Source: Flavobacteriales bacterium
Lineage (GTDB): Bacteria; Bacteroidota; Bacteroidia; Flavobacteriales_F; PHOS-HE28
Length of the DNA stretch: 39,209 nt
Reading direction: 5' to 3'
NCBI GenBank assembly: GCA_044343855.1
Contig: JBIJDX010000003.1
Coordinates: 1 to 39,209 of the forward strand
Numbering within the stretch: the first letter of the stretch is position 1; the number at the start of each line of letters is the position of its first letter. Position numbers and translations under genes: made by a program. Positions 36,701 to 39,209 of the stretch are shown in pieces. The notes under the pieces were generated by a model. That model was not told the DNA's origin and did no database searches. It saw only the letters and a program-made list of their open reading frames with translations.

Positions 36701-37415
36701 CGACATGGCCGACGGTGCCGCCGGCATCCCGGAACCTCCCCTGCCGCAGATCGAGGGGTGGAGCGCCCTGGAACAGCTGCACTATGAGAAGGAGGTCATC
36801 GGCTTCTACCTCAGCGGCCACCCCTTGGACGACCACCGGCTGGAGATCAAGTACCTGTGCAACGCCACACTGCCCGACCTGAAGGAACTGGACAAGCTCA
36901 ACGGGCGCGATGTGGCGCTGTCCGGCATCGTCACCAAGGCCGAACACCGCATCGCCAAGAGCGGCAAACCCTTCGGCAGCTTCAGCATGGAGGACCACCA
37001 CGGCACGCACGACTTCATGCTGTTCAGTGAGGACTACATGAAGTACAAGCTCTACATGCAGCAGGGCGCACTGCTGTTCCTGAAAGGCCGGGCCAGTGCC
37101 CGCACCTGGGGGCGTGATGAGGGGCAGATGGAGTTCAAGATCAGCAACATCGACCTGCTGAGCGATGCACGGGAGAAGTACATCACCAGGCTGAACGTGG
37201 TGGTGGATGCCGACCGGGTGACCGCCGATATCGCCCATGAACTTGGACAGCTACTGCAGGCCTCGCCGGGGAAATGCAAGGTCAACTTCGTGCTGACCAG
37301 CCCCTCCACGAACACCACGGTGGAGGCCGCCGGCAAGGCGCATACGGTGGCCCTGACCGAAGAACTGGTGCGTGGACTGGACGGGCTGATGGGCCTGAAA
37401 TGGACGCTGAACTAG
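33795..37415 (+). CDS. dnaE: DNA polymerase III subunit alpha
   Basis: PHP domain (HLHVHT, TDHGN, NDSHY), GRGSAAGS, PDIDTD, KMDFLGL, FNKSH, HhH and OB domains. Confidence 0.99.
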   Translation: MQFSHLHVHTQFSLLDGAASIPSLFKKAAADGQPAIAITDHGNMFGAFKFVAEAGKHKNEDGTPKVKPIVGCEFYVVGDRHKKIFTREDKDKRFHQLMLAKNPTGYKNLSKLCSLGYIDGFYSKYPRIDKELIQQYHEGLIATTCCLGASVPQAILRGGTGDLQKAEDEFKWWLDLFGEDYYVELQRHGIPEQDRVNAVLVQWARKYNVPIIASNDSHYTDREDSNAHDILLCINTGEKQSTPKAEDGDEEGSKGKRFAFYNDEFFFKSQAQMAQTFSDLPEALDNTNLIVDKVEMLKLKRDILLPNFQLPEGFSDQDEYLQHLTYQGAIKRYINDGVSGIDSLEPKIKERLDFELFVIRTMGFAGYFLIVQDFINHGRDIGVLIGPGRGSAAGSAVAYCIGITNIDPIKYDLLFERFLNPDRKSMPDIDTDFDDEGRQKVIDYVVEKYGQNQVAQIVTYGSMAAKSSIRDVSRVLDLPLQEADRLAKLIPERPGIELGRILRAPLEGEGSLKQKENFSSEEIAATKQLREILESGELTADVLREAEKLEGSVRGVGIHAAGLIIAPSDLTEYIPVCTSKDSPMLITQFDGKVVEDAGVIKMDFLGLKTLTIIRDALRMIKANHGVDIAIDEIPLDDPKTYALYQRAETNGTFQFESAGMQKYLRELKADTFGDLIAMNALYRPGPLEYIPTFIKRKHGLEKIVYDLPEMEDLLKETYGVTVYQEQVMLLSQKLAGFTKGDADVLRKAMGKKDRATLDKMKGKFLEGTSAKGLDAKVCTKVWTDWEAFAQYAFNKSHSTCYAFVAYQTAWLKANYPSEFMASVLTHSGGQIDKITFFMEECRRMGIKVLGPDVNESHYQFSVNKAGHIRFGLGAVKGVGEGAVEALVNDRQENGPYASVFDLMRRVNLRAANRKALESLAYGGAFDSLGLTRAHFFHSAGEGKPTYIETLVRYGQQHQDGADSSQVSMFDMADGAAGIPEPPLPQIEGWSALEQLHYEKEVIGFYLSGHPLDDHRLEIKYLCNATLPDLKELDKLNGRDVALSGIVTKAEHRIAKSGKPFGSFSMEDHHGTHDFMLFSEDYMKYKLYMQQGALLFLKGRASARTWGRDEGQMEFKISNIDLLSDAREKYITRLNVVVDADRVTADIAHELGQLLQASPGKCKVNFVLTSPSTNTTVEAAGKAHTVALTEELVRGLDGLMGLKWTLN
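36980..37106 (+). repeat. 127-nt segment of dnaE duplicated at the window end (copy 1)
   Basis: Base-for-base identical to 39083-39209. Confidence 0.95.
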
Positions 37416-37670
37416 GGCCGGCGGAGGACCTGATCGGCACCCTTGCTTGAAGCCTTGCCGGGCGACTGACGGATCGTCAGGGATACATTCCATGGCAAAG
37501 AAATTGACAGGAGAGGGTAGCTTTGCAGTCCACGAAAGGATGTGGATAGATGAAGGGCTGCATGTTCCGCCGGTCATCACAGCTTTCCCACCTTTGCGGC
37601 AACAACACTGCACACGAACCCGTAACCAGCAGACGCATCTTTACCCAACGCATCATTACCCTTTGAAGCC

Positions 37671-38615
37671 ATGAGCACCAACGAACGTCCTTCCCGTCCG
37701 GCCAAAGGCCTTGACCGCCGCCAGTTCCTAAGGGCCAGTTCACTTCTTGGCGTAGGTTCCCTGTTCATCCCTCGCGACCTGTTCGGAATGCCACCCGTGG
37801 TCGGTGGGGGCTGTGATGCCACCACGGATGATCTCCTAGGCCCGTTCTACCTGCCCGGCTCACCGAACTCCGCGCAGGTGGCCCAGCCCGGCGAACCCGG
37901 CACCCGCCTCTTCATCAGCGGAACGACACTGGCCAACGACTGCGAAACGCCGATACCAGGCGTGCAGATCGAGGTATGGCAGACCAACGCTGCTGCGGTC
38001 TATGATACCTCGCAGAACTTCCTGTTGCGCGCAACCTTGTTCAGCGACGAGGAAGGGCTGTACGCCTTCGAGACCATCCTGCCCGGTCCCTACCTCAACG
38101 GGAACCAGTACCGTCCGAAGCACATCCATTTCAAGGTGACGAAACCCGGTTTTCCGGACCTCATCACCCAACTGTACTTCGAGGGCGACCCCTACATCGC
38201 TGCTGATCCATGGGCCTCGCAGCCCGACGCGGCTCAACGGATCATACCGCTCAACAGCATTGGAGAGGACCAGCTGGATGGGCAGTTCGACATTGTGCTG
38301 GATGGCACTGTGGGCATCAAACCCAACCGTTACGGAACGGACGGCGATCTGCTGCCGGTGTACCCCAACCCCATGACGGACCGGTGCAGCATTCACTTCA
38401 ACGTGTTCCGCCCGGCGCAGGTGCGTGTGCTGATCACCGACGCGAATGGACGCGAAGTGAGCATACTCATCGCTGGCCAGCAGGACCAGGGACGATATAC
38501 CACGCAATGGGATGGTCGGGATGCCTCAGGCAAGGAGGTACCTGCGGGCACCTACCTCAGTGTGCTGGAAGTGGACGGTCGTGTGGTGAAGGCGCAGCGA
38601 ATCGTGCGGATGTAG
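37671..38615 (+). CDS. Intradiol ring-cleavage dioxygenase-like protein with twin-arginine signal and T9SS type A / FlgD-Ig C-terminal domain
   Basis: DRRQFL signal. Dioxygenase motifs GPFY, EVWQ.....Y, PGPY, RPKHIHF and TQLYF. Tail VYPNP...NGR.V...WDG.D.SG..V..G.Y. Confidence 0.85.
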   Translation: MSTNERPSRPAKGLDRRQFLRASSLLGVGSLFIPRDLFGMPPVVGGGCDATTDDLLGPFYLPGSPNSAQVAQPGEPGTRLFISGTTLANDCETPIPGVQIEVWQTNAAAVYDTSQNFLLRATLFSDEEGLYAFETILPGPYLNGNQYRPKHIHFKVTKPGFPDLITQLYFEGDPYIAADPWASQPDAAQRIIPLNSIGEDQLDGQFDIVLDGTVGIKPNRYGTDGDLLPVYPNPMTDRCSIHFNVFRPAQVRVLITDANGREVSILIAGQQDQGRYTTQWDGRDASGKEVPAGTYLSVLEVDGRVVKAQRIVRM

Positions 38616-38679
38616 CACTGGTGATCGATCGGTCTCCGACCAATGATCCGCCATGGGATCGCGGGTGCTCGGTAGCGGT

Positions 38680-38687
38680 TACATTTG
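38680..38687 (+). promoter_or_regulatory. Bacteroidota -7 promoter element (TACATTTG)
   Basis: Exact TAnnTTTG match 36 nt upstream of ATG 38724. Confidence 0.6.
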
Positions 38688-38723
38688 GTCTGCATCTTCA
38701 CCGATACACGTGAACCAGACCCC

Positions 38724-39209
38724 ATGACGCATCGCTACACCATCACGCCCATCCTGTTCGCCCTTTGTGCCTTCCCGGCCACAACCTTCGCACAGATGGA
38801 CTACTATCTGGCCAGTTCGTTCGGTAGTCGCTTCAACGACATCAACGACAACGGCACAGCGGTGAGCGGAGGTGCCTACTTCGACTTCGCGACCGAGGTG
38901 TGGACCCCGATGGAACCCGAGGCGATCGAAATGGTATCGATCAACAACAACGGCGATGTGGCCGGGTCCATGTTCCTGGATGAGGAGCTCTTCATCCTGC
39001 AACCGGGCTACCAGCAGAACAGCGTGTGGACACCGATCGGATGGTTCCCCGCTTCGAACCCGCAGGAATCCTCCTTCAGCACCTTCAGCATGGAGGACCA
39101 CCACGGCACGCACGACTTCATGCTGTTCAGTGAGGACTACATGAAGTACAAGCTCTACATGCAGCAGGGCGCACTGCTGTTCCTGAAAGGCCGGGCCAGT
39201 GCCCGCACC
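38724..39209 (+). CDS. 3'-truncated secreted protein with HAF-like repeats (not in the ORF track); last ~42 codons are dnaE-derived
   Basis: Manual translation: MTHRYTITPILFALCAFPATTFA|QMDYY...DINDNGTAVSG...SINNNGDVAG...SSFSTFSMEDHHG. The frame stays open to the window end. Confidence 0.75.
   Translation, partial: MTHRYTITPILFALCAFPATTFAQMDYYLASSFGSRFNDINDNGTAVSGGAYFDFATEVWTPMEPEAIEMVSINNNGDVAGSMFLDEELFILQPGYQQNSVWTPIGWFPASNPQESSFSTFSMEDHHGTHDFMLFSEDYMKYKLYMQQGALLFLKGRASART
39083..39209 (+). repeat. 127-nt terminal copy of dnaE 36980-37106 (copy 2)
   Basis: Exact direct repeat ending at the last base of the window. Confidence 0.95.

Noticed and set aside
37492-37508. Sigma54-like ATGGCAAAGAAATTGAC upstream of the dioxygenase
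   Set aside because: The -12 GC is GA and the -24 match is weak. A canonical TAGCTTTG lies at 37518.
37541-37549. Second DnaA-like box (TGTGGATAG) suggesting oriC near dnaE
   Set aside because: One mismatch, isolated, with no box cluster or AT-rich unwinding element.
38724-39209. Novel secreted-protein/DnaE-OB fusion gene
   Set aside because: The dnaE part is a 100% identical, k-mer-sized terminal copy. It is treated as a probable artefact until reads support it.

Overview
GC-rich, gene-dense bacterial chromosome segment, most likely Bacteroidota (Flavobacteriales-like). This is inferred from TAnnTTTG-type -7 promoter elements, signal peptides followed by Gln, a T9SS C-terminal domain and a C-terminally extended S16. 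Most of the ~36 CDS are housekeeping or metabolic (def, ruvX, dapD, CCA enzyme, miaA, pckA, rpsP-rimM-tRNA m6A37 methylase, dnaE, GH20, M1 peptidase). I saw no rRNA, tRNA, CRISPR array or transposase. The best candidate for an undescribed system is a four-gene envelope cluster at 16094-20587 (DUF4476-like protein, TPR+CsgG-like lipoprotein, two LPP20-like lipoproteins) with two correctly spaced sigma54 (-24/-12) motifs. Other oddities are an intradiol-dioxygenase-like protein carrying both a twin-arginine signal and a T9SS tail, two probable pseudoenzymes (dihydroorotase-like and S41-like), a YdcF protein with a CBM-like insert, and a soluble PAS/GAF kinase paired with a REC-PP2C protein. The last 127 nt exactly copy part of dnaE and are probably an assembly or chimera artefact. 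All family calls come from motif recognition by eye; no searches were run.
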